64,000 bases of DNA from a virus (lineage: Duplodnaviria; Heunggongvirae; Uroviricota; Caudoviricetes), in IMG/VR virus record IMGVR_UViG_3300037400_001691, positions 1-64,000 of that record; one strand, written 5' to 3'. A model generated the notes under the pieces. The model was not told the DNA's origin. It searched no databases and was given only the letters and a program-made list of their open reading frames with translations. The position numbers and the translations under genes were made by a program. Positions 34,686 through 45,510 of the stretch are shown one piece after another. Every line of letters starts with the position of its first letter. Position 1 is the first letter of the stretch.

Positions 34686-35187
34686 TAAAACATTAAGAAT
34701 AGGGTTAGATATAGATGATACCCTTGCTGGATTCTCTCAAGGATACCTTGAAAGATTTGGTAAATGGCCGAAGGTTGATTGGGCTATTACAAGAAATGTA
34801 AATAATATACTCATTAAGGAAAGAGAGTTTTGGTTAAGTCTTCCTGTTTTAAGAAAACCTGATTTTGAACCTCGTCTTTATTGTAGTTGTCGTATTAACA
34901 ATAAACGTTGGACTAAACGTTTCTTGCAAGACCACGGTTTTCCAAATAGTCCTCTTTATCAAATTCCTGGTTATCATCTAAGTAAAGCCGCTACTCTTAG
35001 AGGTAAAGTGGATGTGTTTATTGATGACTCTATAAGAATATTTGAAGAACTTAACAGTAAAGGTATTCCTTGTCTTCTTATAGATGCGCCACAAAACCAA
35101 AATTACAAAACTGAATATCGCATACATTCTCTACAATATTCAGAAATTGAGAACGCATATAATAGGCTTAAAAATGAAAGTAACTAG
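34666..35187 (+). CDS. HAD-superfamily phosphatase (5'(3')-deoxyribonucleotidase-like)
   Basis: Contains the LDIDDTLAGF DxDxT motif. Confidence 0.55.
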   Translation: MTKMNFNKTLRIGLDIDDTLAGFSQGYLERFGKWPKVDWAITRNVNNILIKEREFWLSLPVLRKPDFEPRLYCSCRINNKRWTKRFLQDHGFPNSPLYQIPGYHLSKAATLRGKVDVFIDDSIRIFEELNSKGIPCLLIDAPQNQNYKTEYRIHSLQYSEIENAYNRLKNESN

Positions 35188-35578
35188 AGTAAAAACAATA
35201 CGAAAAACTGTTGTTGAGGATATTACTCCTGAAGAAATAGTTGAAGAAATAGTTGATTCAGTAAATTTCTTTGACTATGATACAACAGACGACAAATGTT
35301 ACGAAGAAATGTTTGAAGATGGTTTGAATTATGTTCAAGATGAAGTAGAAATATCTGATGAAGATATTCCATTACTTAAATCTTTAACTATTGAAAAACT
35401 TAAAGAAACAAAAAAATCTAGAACTGACAACGAACTTAAACTTTTCTTAAAAAATCCTTATTATATAGCTCAATTAATGGAGTATTTAAATGAAGATCTT
35501 CAACGTGATTTTGAATTTATAAATTCTGATACTCCGGAAGTAAGAGAAACTATTATAAAATATTTACAGGAAAAATGA
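35174..35578 (+). CDS. hypothetical acidic protein
   Basis: ORF. An internal ATG was chosen to avoid a long overlap. Confidence 0.45.
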   Translation: MKVTRVKTIRKTVVEDITPEEIVEEIVDSVNFFDYDTTDDKCYEEMFEDGLNYVQDEVEISDEDIPLLKSLTIEKLKETKKSRTDNELKLFLKNPYYIAQLMEYLNEDLQRDFEFINSDTPEVRETIIKYLQEK

Positions 35579-36630
35579 ATTTATCTGAAATAAAGATAAC
35601 TCCATTGCTCGATACTCTTCGTCTGCAAAAAATATCAGATGAAGAGTATTTTTCTGAGGTGTATAAGGATTATATAAGTAATTCCAGACTTGGACTTATA
35701 GATCCGAGTAATGAAGGTTCACCTGAGAAATTCTTAGATGGTCTTAGAGCTAACAAAATTTTCAGTGATTCTTTAAGTTTGGGAACTGTAGTGCATGAGC
35801 AAACACTACAACCTGATTTATTTAATTTCCCACCATCTTTAAATCGTCCTACTGCGAAAGTAGGTTTTATTGCGGATGAACTTTGGAAAATTGCTAAAGA
35901 TCCACTTAATTTTACAAAGAGTGAATTTGAAACTGCTTGTTTAGTAGTTGATTATTACAAAGGAAATCCTTCAGACGAAAAACGTAAAGAAATTTATCCT
36001 AAGATTCAAAATTATTTTGTAAATCTTAAGAATTTCTGTGACAATAACGATTCTTCAAAAATTTCAACTTTTCTTGATGATAACACTTTAGTTAAAGCTA
36101 AGAATTGTGTAGAAGCTTTGAAGAATAATAAAAAGGTTCAGAACTTACTTCACCCTAAAGGATTAATTGATGATCCGATTTCTGAATGTGAGCAAGCAAT
36201 TTTGCTTGACGCTAAAGTAGAAGTTCCTGGACTTGATTCATTTATTGTAAGATTGAAATCTAAACTTGATAATTATACAATCGATAAGGAGAGTAATCTT
36301 ATTACAGTAAATGATGTAAAAACCATAGGTAGAACTTTAGATAAATGTGATGAACAAATAATGAAATATCATTACTATAGAGAAATGTATATGTATTGTT
36401 ATTTACTTATTTTATGTGCACAAAAGTTCTATAATATGGACAAATTTAAAGTTAGAAGTAACTTTTTATGGGTTTCTACTCTTCCTACTTGTTATACTAA
36501 AGTAACACCAATGACTCAAACGTTATTTGAAACAGGTAAGAAAGAATTTAAAGAATTATTAAGACGTGCTGCAATAGCATTGTATTTTAAAGATGCCGTA
36601 GAAGCAAGTACTTTTATTAATGGTCTATGA
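35575..36630 (+). CDS. hypothetical protein (351 aa)
   Basis: ORF. Confidence 0.55.
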   Translation: MNLSEIKITPLLDTLRLQKISDEEYFSEVYKDYISNSRLGLIDPSNEGSPEKFLDGLRANKIFSDSLSLGTVVHEQTLQPDLFNFPPSLNRPTAKVGFIADELWKIAKDPLNFTKSEFETACLVVDYYKGNPSDEKRKEIYPKIQNYFVNLKNFCDNNDSSKISTFLDDNTLVKAKNCVEALKNNKKVQNLLHPKGLIDDPISECEQAILLDAKVEVPGLDSFIVRLKSKLDNYTIDKESNLITVNDVKTIGRTLDKCDEQIMKYHYYREMYMYCYLLILCAQKFYNMDKFKVRSNFLWVSTLPTCYTKVTPMTQTLFETGKKEFKELLRRAAIALYFKDAVEASTFINGL

Positions 36631-36980
36631 GTGATATAGAAACTGAGGATTGGCTGTCTTATAAAGAAATGTTGAAAATTCATTCTAAATTGTTTTCGCT
36701 TGGATTTTTAGATGCTGATTTTAAAACTAAAATGGCACTAATCTCTCTAATTTGTTATATTACACATAAGGCGAAAATGAAAAAACCCGATGTAACACAT
36801 TACCAAATCGTCCAAAAATTAGCAGAAGGTAAAGGACTTCCCGACAAATATTTGAAGGCTCTGGCTGTGATTTGTGATGAATTTGGATATGGTTGCACTG
36901 AATTTCCAACTTTTGATTTGAAAGATGCAGATATTATCAAAACTGTGAAGAACATTTTTGATAATTACAAACCATTTTAA
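36627..36980 (+). CDS. hypothetical protein (117 aa)
   Basis: ORF. Confidence 0.5.
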   Translation: MSDIETEDWLSYKEMLKIHSKLFSLGFLDADFKTKMALISLICYITHKAKMKKPDVTHYQIVQKLAEGKGLPDKYLKALAVICDEFGYGCTEFPTFDLKDADIIKTVKNIFDNYKPF

Positions 36981-37177
36981 CAAAAATTAATACATAAATT
37001 TTTTGGAAAACTAAGATGACTGATATATATTTGTATCAGCTTTCGGATTAAGAGAGTCCGAAGAAAAAATAAAAAATTTATGTTAAATTACTTGTATGTG
37101 TAAAATTTAATACATATATTTGTAATAGAAATTTAGATCATGTTAATAAGAATTAATGTTTAAAAAATTTAAGAAAA

Positions 37178-37801
37178 ATGGCAACAAAAGAGTACGTAAA
37201 TTTTAAGAAAGTAGACATCGTAGCAGAAAGTTTTGAAGCAGCTAAGGCACAGGCTCCATTCGGTATTCAGGGTAACGCAACACAGGCTTATAAGAATTGG
37301 TTATCTAAGCAGACAGGTGTTGTAACAGACTCAATGAAGAAAGAGTTTATGATTGATTATCTCAACAAGAAGACTAAGAACGTTGAGGGTTCTGGTTTCA
37401 TTATTGTTGTTGAGGCTGCTGTAACTGACAAGCGTGAGCGTCCTTACAAGAAGATTAATATCAAGAACGAGGACGGTAAGCGTGATTGGGATACCACATT
37501 TGACATCGTTGGTGCAAGTGGTAAGGTTTATGCAACTGTAACATCTGAGGATGCTAAGAAGTTTGCTAAGGAAGTAGCTAAGAATGAGAATGGTACTGAG
37601 AAGGAAATCCGTGTTAAGAAATCTGATGCTGAGAAGGTTGTTAAGGATCTTTATGTAAACAAGGGTCTTACAGAGAACGTTGATGTTCTTTATAACAAGA
37701 CTCCACGTAAGGAATCTCAGCGTATTGCAATGCGTTTCGAGTATACTCCTTCTAAGGGAACAAAGCCTGGTCAGTATATTGCTTTCGGTATCGAGGCTTA
37801 A
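37178..37801 (+). CDS. hypothetical protein, GC-richer/likely highly expressed (207 aa)
   Basis: Codon usage differs from its neighbours and a strong terminator follows. Confidence 0.55.
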   Translation: MATKEYVNFKKVDIVAESFEAAKAQAPFGIQGNATQAYKNWLSKQTGVVTDSMKKEFMIDYLNKKTKNVEGSGFIIVVEAAVTDKRERPYKKINIKNEDGKRDWDTTFDIVGASGKVYATVTSEDAKKFAKEVAKNENGTEKEIRVKKSDAEKVVKDLYVNKGLTENVDVLYNKTPRKESQRIAMRFEYTPSKGTKPGQYIAFGIEA

Positions 37802-37823
37802 TTTTTCTATCAAATACTTTTTA

Positions 37824-37860
37824 AAGGCGGTGCTGAGTAATCAGTATCGCCTTATTTTTT
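37824..37860 (+). terminator. rho-independent terminator AAGGCGGTGCTGA...TCAGTATCGCCTT followed by TATTTTTT
   Basis: Seen directly. Confidence 0.55.
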
Positions 37861-37891
37861 ATTACAACACGAAAGTGATTTAAAAGCAGAG

Positions 37892-38479
37892 ATGCGACAA
37901 ATCAGTACTATAACACAAAATGTTACATTTATCCCTATAAAGGGTTCAGACTTTTACAATGACTTTTTTGATGAAAAAGGAAAGGTAGAAGTTGAAAGTG
38001 TAATAGAATCTGTTTATTGTAATTCCATGCTGAAGTCAACAAGCGGTAAAGTAGACGTGATTAAGAAAAGGTTTACTAAAGGAATTACAGATGGATTAAT
38101 TAGATTTAAATTTGAGGGAGAAGAGATCAAATTTTTCGGAATACAAGAATGTAAACGTAATATTAAAAGAAACAGTGCTGCTTATAAATATCAAATAAGT
38201 CAAGCATTACTTTATTTTATTCAAATGATAGAAGATTGTAAAGTATTGATTATTGATTCTGTTAATTATTTCGATTACATTTTAATTGATGAAAATATTG
38301 AGTTCCTTAATGAAATCAAATCCAATTTAAAACACACATTAATATTGGGTTCTCCAAGTCAATCTTGTAAGAAATGTAAATTTTTAGATTTATGTAAATT
38401 AAAGATTCATACTTGTGATGTTCCTGATGAAACAGAGATCAATAAAATAATGTTAAACATTTATAGAAATTGTATTTAA
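37892..38479 (+). CDS. hypothetical protein (195 aa)
   Basis: ORF. Confidence 0.5.
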   Translation: MRQISTITQNVTFIPIKGSDFYNDFFDEKGKVEVESVIESVYCNSMLKSTSGKVDVIKKRFTKGITDGLIRFKFEGEEIKFFGIQECKRNIKRNSAAYKYQISQALLYFIQMIEDCKVLIIDSVNYFDYILIDENIEFLNEIKSNLKHTLILGSPSQSCKKCKFLDLCKLKIHTCDVPDETEINKIMLNIYRNCI

Positions 38480-38877
38480 TTATGAACAAGTTTGAAAGTT
38501 TTTTCGGAAGAATGATGAAAAAGTCAGGTATTTTATCTCTTAAAGAAGCTCAGTCTCTTATTGATGATGCTTTTAGTTATGTAAAAGGTCTTATTCCAGA
38601 GGACCAGCTTTATAGAATCCCAAATAAATTTGAGTGGGATGCTGACAAGAGTATTGAAGCTAATCTCTTTGATGTTATTACTTATAACATTTATGAGTAT
38701 GTAGCAAAGAAGAACAATCTTCTTAAGAAGGGTTATAAGTTTGATTTTGTAACTACAGAGGGTGTTGGTATCCTTGATTCTCCAGAAGATTGTACTGATA
38801 CTGTAGAAGTTGCCGTTAGATTTGGCGAGCATGACTTTAAATTCATGTATTCTGTTTCTAACGCTAATAATGACTAA
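38470..38877 (+). CDS. hypothetical protein (135 aa)
   Basis: ORF. Confidence 0.5.
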   Translation: MYLIMNKFESFFGRMMKKSGILSLKEAQSLIDDAFSYVKGLIPEDQLYRIPNKFEWDADKSIEANLFDVITYNIYEYVAKKNNLLKKGYKFDFVTTEGVGILDSPEDCTDTVEVAVRFGEHDFKFMYSVSNANND

Positions 38878-38880
38878 TTT

Positions 38881-39660
38881 ATGGAATTAACACTCGAAGA
38901 AGTACTTAAGGGTAAAGCAACTCGTATAAAGGACAAAGATTATTTCCCAACCGCAGCTTATGTAGAACCATTTATTGAAAAAATGTCTAAGTATACATCT
39001 GATTTTAGAATACAAGCTAAACTTCCAGATCAGATTACTAAGACTTTTAATGGTGATATTAATTATGATGATATTACCTACAATCGCGTTTGGGTTCAGG
39101 CAGTAATGCCAGAAAGTTATAGATTTGATAATCATGACGAAGTAGTCGGTATGGTTTATGGACTTGATTGTCGTAAGCCTATTGTAAAGCTTTATCGTGG
39201 AGGACTTAATAGAGCTTGTACTAATTTATGTGTATTCGATCCATCTTTCCTTCATGTTCAAGAAATTGAAGCAGAAAAGGGATTTGATTATCGTTGTATT
39301 AAACAAATGATGGAGCAAACTTCTGACCTTAAAGCATGGTTAAATAAACTCCATAATACACCGTTTGATACAAGTTATGTTTCTATTAATGAAGCATTAG
39401 GAGAATGGATCAGAAATTCTATTTCTGCATCTTATGATAGCGGATTTGGAAAAGTTAAGATTGGTGCGACAAATGTAATTGATGCATATAAAGATCTTTT
39501 TGAGAAAAAAGACTCACCATATTATGTAGGTGAAGGAAACCCTACATCAATGTTCAATGTGTATAACGCATTTACTCAACAGATTACTGATGATAAAAGA
39601 GATATTATGAATAAAGTAGAGAAAACTCTTCTTATCAAAGATATTTTGGGTTCTATTTAA
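38881..39660 (+). CDS. hypothetical protein (259 aa)
   Basis: ORF. Confidence 0.55.
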   Translation: MELTLEEVLKGKATRIKDKDYFPTAAYVEPFIEKMSKYTSDFRIQAKLPDQITKTFNGDINYDDITYNRVWVQAVMPESYRFDNHDEVVGMVYGLDCRKPIVKLYRGGLNRACTNLCVFDPSFLHVQEIEAEKGFDYRCIKQMMEQTSDLKAWLNKLHNTPFDTSYVSINEALGEWIRNSISASYDSGFGKVKIGATNVIDAYKDLFEKKDSPYYVGEGNPTSMFNVYNAFTQQITDDKRDIMNKVEKTLLIKDILGSI

Positions 39661-39719
39661 AATAATTTGTTTAAATGGGAATTAATGTTTATATTAGTTC
39701 TCATTTAAACTTATAAATA

Positions 39720-40889
39720 ATGGAAATAAAAGTAATTAATAAATGCGGAATTTTAGAAGATTTTGATCCACAGCGTATTGCTGTAGCAATTAGAAAAAGT
39801 GCAAGTAGAGTATTTGTGGATCTCACCGACGAAGATTGTGAAAAAGTATCAGATTGGGTATATTCTCATTTAACTGAGAACATTCCAGTTAAAACTCTTC
39901 ATAATTTAGTCGAATGTGCATTAGATGAATGTAATTTTAAAAGAGTAGCAGAATCTTATCGTGCTTTCCGAAATTATAAATCTGACATTAAAGAAATTTG
40001 GGAAGCAGTACAATTAAAAGAAATTGAATTAGATTCTCAGCCAGATCATTCTAATGCTAATTGTAATTCACAGTTAGTATCTACTAAAGGTATTCTTACT
40101 TATGGAGAATTTCTTAAAGAATCTTATATGAGATTCTTTTTAACTCCAGAAGAAAGAAAAGCTGTTAAGGAAGGGTTTATTTATCCTCATGATATGAAGG
40201 ATAGATATAGAACATATAATTGTTGTCTATTAAATGTCGGTCGTATTATGAAAGGTGGATTTACCCTTGAAAATATGCCTTATACAGAACCTGGAAGTGT
40301 AGCTGCTGCGATAGCAGTTGCATCTGATATTATAAGTGTTACTGCTGGAAATCAATATGGTGGTCTTACTTGGCCTCAAGTTGATGAGGATTTATCTTAT
40401 TACTGTCAGAAATCATATAATTTCTATATTAAAGAATATAGTCATATTATAGAAGATGCTGGCTGTACTGTAGATCCTCGTAAAGCAGATGCTTATGCTT
40501 ATAGAAAAGTAAAACGTGAAATTCAACAAGGTTATCAAGGAATTGAACATACCTTTAATAGTGTATCATCTTGTAGAGGTGATTTTCCATTCATTTCATT
40601 TAGTTTTGGTAACGGAACTGATAGATGGTCTAAACTTGTAAGTACAACTATCTTAGAAACAAGAATGGGTGGTCAAGGAAAACCAGGTGGTAAAACTCCT
40701 GTATTATTCCCTAAACTTATCTTTACTTATAGAGATGAAATTCACGGAGAAGGTGGTATTTCCGAAGATTTATTTGACTTAGCTGCTAAGTGTTCTAAAG
40801 ATACTATGTATCCTGATTTCTTAAGTCTTGATGCTGGTTATGTAGGACAAATGTATAAGAAAACAGGTAAGATTATCACTATGATGGGT
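39720..40889 (+). CDS. nrdD: anaerobic ribonucleoside-triphosphate reductase NrdD, exon 1
   Basis: N-terminal ATP-cone. The exon ends ...KIITMMG, immediately before the conserved active-site CRA(C/F)LSP. Confidence 0.75.
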
Positions 40890-41732
40890 AAGCGTAAACT
40901 ATAGCTCATCTAAAACCTTTTGAACCGTTATTCGCGGGTGTCTAGAAATAGGCTAACGGTTAGGTCCTATAAATAATAGGATGAGACCGTGCTAAATTTA
41001 TTATATATGTTTTTAAAAATAATGTAATATGTGGATATATAAAATAGTAAATGATATTAATAATAAAATTTATATCGGGCAAAGTAAATATCCAATTGAG
41101 CAACGTTTTTAGAGACATAAAAATGATTGTTTATGATTAGATACACATCTTGCTCGTGCATTTAAAAAATATGGAATAGAGCATTTCAAAATAGAAATAG
41201 TAGAAGAAGGAATTGAAGATCCAAATTTATTAACAGAAAGGGAATCATATTGGATTAAACATTATGATTCAATAAAGAATGGATATAATGAAACTGATGC
41301 TGCTGTACGTTCTGGAGGAAATACTTATCAAAGTAAAACAGAAGAAGAAATGCTTATAATCAAAGATAAAATTAGATAGACTAAATTAGGAGGAAAAAAT
41401 CCTCATGCAAGAGCTGTTAAAATGATAAATATACAAACTGGAGAAGAAAAAATATTTGAAGCTATATCAGTTTGTGTAAAAGAATTAAATTTAGATCGAC
41501 ACGATCATGTATCTAAAAGATGTAGAGGAATTATTAAATCTCCTTATAAAGGGATTTATAAATTTGAATATGTAAATAATTAATAAACATATATAATAAA
41601 GAAGTGTATCGACTATCCCTGATGAATGTAAGGGAGTAGGCTTAGAGATGAATACTAAGTCGAAGCGGAAGGCTTTAAGTAATTACTTAAAGAAGATATA
41701 GTCAGTTCTTTTGGTAACAAAAGATTAAAACG
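40890..41732 (+). mobile_element. group I intron in nrdD with degenerate GIY-YIG ORF
   Basis: Exon 1 ends in U and the intron ends in G. The joined exons give ITMMG-CRACLSPDY...GVISLNLPMFYQK, matching T4 NrdD SPMGCRAFLSPWY...AISLHLPMIYQK. Confidence 0.7.
41040..41583 (+). pseudogene. GIY-YIG endonuclease (I-TevI-like) with in-frame TAG x2 and TGA x1
   Basis: Translation MWIYKIVNDINNKIYIGQS...QRF*RHKNDCL*LDTHLARAFKKYGIEHF...YWIKHYDSIKNGYN...KIR*TKLGG. Confidence 0.55.
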
Positions 41733-42716
41733 TGTAGAGCGTGTTTATCTCCTGATTATAATGAACAAGGTGAACTTCTTATTAATAGATGTAATATGGG
41801 TGTTATATCTCTTAACTTACCTATGTTCTATCAGAAAGCTAAGTTAGAAAACAAAACCTTCTATGAAGTATTTGATTATTACTTTGAATTAGCAAGACAA
41901 ATTAATCTTAGAACTATTGAATATTTAAAACGCAAACTTAAAGGAGCTAGTAGTCCACTTGCATTTATGGAAGGTGGATTTGACGATGGTTATCTTGGAC
42001 CAAATGATTCTGTAGCTCCTGTTCTTAAACATTCTACTATAAGTTTTGGTTATGGTGGACTTAGTGAACTACAAACTTTATATAATAAGGATCATAATAT
42101 TGAAACTCATTATTTTGAAGATTGTGATTTTGCTAAAGATGTTATGACTTACTTTAACGATAAAGTAGAAGAAATTAAGAAGGAAGACAATGTATTATAT
42201 GCGATATATGGTACTCCAGGTGAATCTTGGCTTCCAAAAGCTTGTGAACAATTTATTGCTAAATATGGAGAAGTTGACGGTGTAACCGATAAAGGTTTCT
42301 TCTCTAATTCATTCCATATTAATGTTGACGAAGACGTAACTCCAATTGAAAAAATTGATTTTGAAAATCAATTCTTCCCACTTTCTAAAGGTGGTTCAAT
42401 CTGTCACGTTAAGATTCCATCTATTGCTGATGAAATGATGCCAGGAGTTAAAGCAATAATTCGTCATGCTATGAAAATTGGTAACTATCAATCTGTAAAT
42501 CACGCATCTAATAGATGTACTGATTGTGGACACCATTGGATTGGTGATGATAGTATGCCTTATGAAGAAAATTATAGATGTCCAGTTTGTGGAAGTATGA
42601 ATACCGTAGGAACACGTAGAATGAATGGATATCTTGGATATTCTAAAACTATTCTAGGTGTAAATAAGTTCAATGATGGTAAGATTAAAGAATTTAAATT
42701 ACGTAAAAATCTATAA
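41733..42716 (+). CDS. nrdD: NrdD exon 2 (glycyl-radical domain, C-terminal Zn ribbon)
   Basis: CTDCGHHW...CPVCGS zinc ribbon and RRMNGYLGYS glycyl-radical motif. Confidence 0.75.
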   Translation, partial: CRACLSPDYNEQGELLINRCNMGVISLNLPMFYQKAKLENKTFYEVFDYYFELARQINLRTIEYLKRKLKGASSPLAFMEGGFDDGYLGPNDSVAPVLKHSTISFGYGGLSELQTLYNKDHNIETHYFEDCDFAKDVMTYFNDKVEEIKKEDNVLYAIYGTPGESWLPKACEQFIAKYGEVDGVTDKGFFSNSFHINVDEDVTPIEKIDFENQFFPLSKGGSICHVKIPSIADEMMPGVKAIIRHAMKIGNYQSVNHASNRCTDCGHHWIGDDSMPYEENYRCPVCGSMNTVGTRRMNGYLGYSKTILGVNKFNDGKIKEFKLRKNL

Positions 42717-42718
42717 TT

Positions 42719-42940
42719 ATGTTTTTAATAATAGCAGAAATTATGGGGTGGATAGCAACCATTTTCCGTGGTGCTGGTATGCTCGTTCACGGAATGATGG
42801 TTAAGTACCTTGTTAGTATCGGAAATCTTTTCTGGTTTATCAATGGTGCTATGACTAAAAATACTCCATTAATGGTATCTAATGGTTTTTGTCTTGTTGT
42901 AATGTTATATGAAATGATTAAAACACATTACAAAAAATGA
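42719..42940 (+). CDS. small membrane protein (73 aa)
   Basis: Hydrophobic ORF. Confidence 0.45.
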   Translation: MFLIIAEIMGWIATIFRGAGMLVHGMMVKYLVSIGNLFWFINGAMTKNTPLMVSNGFCLVVMLYEMIKTHYKK

Positions 42941-43605
42941 AAATAACTTTTATTAGCGATACACATACACAACATAAGAAAATAGAATTGCCAGAAGGAG
43001 ATATTCTTATCTTCTCCGGCGATTTTATGAGTTCTGGATATAGAGTTTATGAAGCACAAAGTTTTCTTAAATGGTTTTCAGAACAACCTTATAAATACAA
43101 AATATTTATAGCTGGAAACCATGATAGATATTGTGAAATCAATCCAGAAATATTCGAAACATTAGTTGATGATTATGTTGATAAAAATGTAATTTATCTA
43201 AAGGATGATATGATTGAAGTTGAAGGTCTTAAAATTTATGGTACTCCTTGGCAACCATATTTTTGTGATTGGGCTTTTAATATACCTGAACCTGATCGAC
43301 TTATATCACTTTATCAAAACATTCCTGAGGATTTAGACATTTTAATTACACATTGTCCACCTTATAATATATTGGATAAATCTCACGATTATCGTAATGG
43401 AGAAGAACCACTTGGAAGTAAAGAACTTGAAATTGTACTTTTTCAAATGGGAACACATCGTCCAAAAGTTCATTGTTTTGGACATATTCACGGTGATGGT
43501 GGTAATGTTTTAACAGACGGAACTTGTTATATAAACGCTAGTGTATGTGACGAAAATTATAATCCATTAAACAAAATTGTAACAATAGATTATGAAAAAG
43601 TATAA
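42937..43605 (+). CDS. metallophosphoesterase (calcineurin-like)
   Basis: Motifs ISDTHTQH, FSGDF, AGNHD and GHIHG. Confidence 0.65.
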   Translation: MKITFISDTHTQHKKIELPEGDILIFSGDFMSSGYRVYEAQSFLKWFSEQPYKYKIFIAGNHDRYCEINPEIFETLVDDYVDKNVIYLKDDMIEVEGLKIYGTPWQPYFCDWAFNIPEPDRLISLYQNIPEDLDILITHCPPYNILDKSHDYRNGEEPLGSKELEIVLFQMGTHRPKVHCFGHIHGDGGNVLTDGTCYINASVCDENYNPLNKIVTIDYEKV

Positions 43606-43608
43606 CAA

Positions 43609-43743
43609 ACCTACAATGAAAGTACATACTTGTGCTTTATCAAATGAAGTATTAAAATGTTGTTGTGGAAGTGGTTGTTGTTGTGGTAAAAATGCAAAAG
43701 CAACAACTACTGATTTTAACGATGTAAATTTTGAAGAAAATGA
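43609..43743 (+). CDS. very small Cys-rich protein (44 aa, CCCGSGCCCG)
   Basis: Short ORF not in the track. Low confidence. Confidence 0.3.
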
Positions 43744-43907
43744 GTAAAAATACAGAAAACGCAATTAAGGGAGCTATCGGTTTCTTAGGTACCGGTTTGA
43801 TTTGTGTAGGCTCAGCAGTTCCAACAACTTGGTATGGTATAACATCACTTGTTGTTGGTGTAGGCATATTAGGTTGGTTTGGTTATCACGTTTTATTTGA
43901 TGAATAA
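43737..43907 (+). CDS. small membrane protein (56 aa)
   Basis: Short hydrophobic ORF not in the track. Confidence 0.3.
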   Translation, partial: KMSKNTENAIKGAIGFLGTGLICVGSAVPTTWYGITSLVVGVGILGWFGYHVLFDE

Positions 43908-44401
43908 TGATTATTCATATTTACGATGATGATTTATTAAATGGAGATGGCATCCGTGAAGTAGTATTTCTTCAAGGGTGCCATCATCATTGTAAGGGAT
44001 GTTTTAATCAAGAAACTTGGGAATTTAAAAAACCAACTCCAGAATCTGAATTAAAAGATTCTGAATATTTAAAACATCTTGATGATAAACTTTCACAAGA
44101 TTACATTGATGGAGTTACTATAAGTGGAGGTGATCCATTAGCTCCAGAAAATTTGTATTTAACAAGGATTATTATAGATATAGCCAAACGTCATGAAAAG
44201 ACAATTTGGATATATTCTGGATATACTTACGAACATTTATCAATGGTTGCATATGATATATTAAAAGATATTGATGTACTATGTGATGGAAAGTTTGTAG
44301 AAGAATTAAAATCTCCAAATAAGCCTTGGGTTGGAAGTTCTAATCAAAGAGTAATAGATGTTCAAAAGTCATTAAAAAGTGGAACAATTCTATTAAAATG
44401 A
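43907..44401 (+). CDS. nrdG: anaerobic RNR activating protein NrdG (radical SAM)
   Basis: LLNGDGIREVVFLQGCHHHCKGCFNQETW is the NrdG N-terminal signature with CX3CX2C, and ISGGDPL follows. Confidence 0.75.
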   Translation: MIIHIYDDDLLNGDGIREVVFLQGCHHHCKGCFNQETWEFKKPTPESELKDSEYLKHLDDKLSQDYIDGVTISGGDPLAPENLYLTRIIIDIAKRHEKTIWIYSGYTYEHLSMVAYDILKDIDVLCDGKFVEELKSPNKPWVGSSNQRVIDVQKSLKSGTILLK

Positions 44402-44715
44402 AAGAAGAATCTTTAAGTAAAGAACTTGATCGTAAGAGAACTGAACTTTCTGATTATTTTAGAAGTTTAGATTTTGAAGATAGAACTATGATTTACACTA
44501 AAGCAAGAGAACTTTTTGATTCTGAAGAACTACAAGAAGCTTTTGTTAAAGGTTACGAATATTCTTCAGAACAACCTTCTGCTCGTGTAATTCATACAGT
44601 AGCAATGTATGTATTTGATTATATTAAGAGTAAAGCAAATTACATTAATATAATTAAAAAGATCTATCAATTATATAGAGAATATTTACCAACTTTGAAA
44701 AAAAATGAAAAATAA
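44398..44715 (+). CDS. hypothetical protein (105 aa)
   Basis: ORF. Confidence 0.5.
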   Translation: MKEESLSKELDRKRTELSDYFRSLDFEDRTMIYTKARELFDSEELQEAFVKGYEYSSEQPSARVIHTVAMYVFDYIKSKANYINIIKKIYQLYREYLPTLKKNEK

Positions 44716-44835
44716 ATACGGAACTTGTTGTTGTTGTGGTAAACCTCTTACAAGAGAGGATAAGTTTTATTATGATTTAGATAGTTATTGTATTGATTGC
44801 GCCATTCGTGATGGTATAAGAACATCTAAAGATTA

Positions 44836-45174
44836 ATGACACATAAATATAAAGGCAAAGAATACGAAATACAAACAGGTGCTAAAGGTGGACAATTTTT
44901 CGTAGATGATACAGGTAAGAAACATTATCTTAAATCTGCTACATCAAAGAAAACCACTAAAAAGAAATCAACTGAAGCTATTAAAAAAGAAGTAGAATCA
45001 ACTGATTTTATAAAGCGTTATGTTTGTTATTATTCCAGATATAAGGATGGCGAAATGATAGACGATTTTAAAGAATGGACTGATGCTAAATCTTATAATG
45101 AAGCAAAAGAATATTTTGAAAATGAATATCGCCATGATGAAAATGTGAAAATTGATTTAATTACAAGAGAATGA
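44836..45174 (+). CDS. hypothetical protein (112 aa)
   Basis: ORF. Confidence 0.5.
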   Translation: MTHKYKGKEYEIQTGAKGGQFFVDDTGKKHYLKSATSKKTTKKKSTEAIKKEVESTDFIKRYVCYYSRYKDGEMIDDFKEWTDAKSYNEAKEYFENEYRHDENVKIDLITRE

Positions 45175-45261
45175 TTATACTTTGTTGGATTTTATTCATT
45201 CTGTTGATGATTAGATTTCTATATAGCGGTTGTTATTTAATTGATAAATCAAATAAAATAA

Positions 45262-45510
45262 ATGAAATACGTAATCATCAATGGTCAAACAATTCCTTCT
45301 GAAATATTAGAACTATCTGATGTTCAAATAATTGATGAAGGAACATTAAAAGGTAAAAAGGAAGCTTACAAAATTAAAGGTAAGTTTGCTGCAAGAATGA
45401 CACCTTTTATAGGTATAATAGATGAAGATGGTAAAATTCAAAAAGGATTTTATTCTGAAGCAAGTACTAATGTATTTAAAGATTTTATAGATTATGAGAA
45501 ATGTAAATGA
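45262..45510 (+). CDS. hypothetical protein (82 aa)
   Basis: ORF. Confidence 0.45.
   Translation: MKYVIINGQTIPSEILELSDVQIIDEGTLKGKKEAYKIKGKFAARMTPFIGIIDEDGKIQKGFYSEASTNVFKDFIDYEKCK

Noticed and set aside
37331-37813. 160-aa minus-strand ORF antisense to gene 37178-37801
   Set aside because: Low-complexity translation and complete overlap with a well-formed plus-strand gene that has its own terminator. Judged an antisense artefact.
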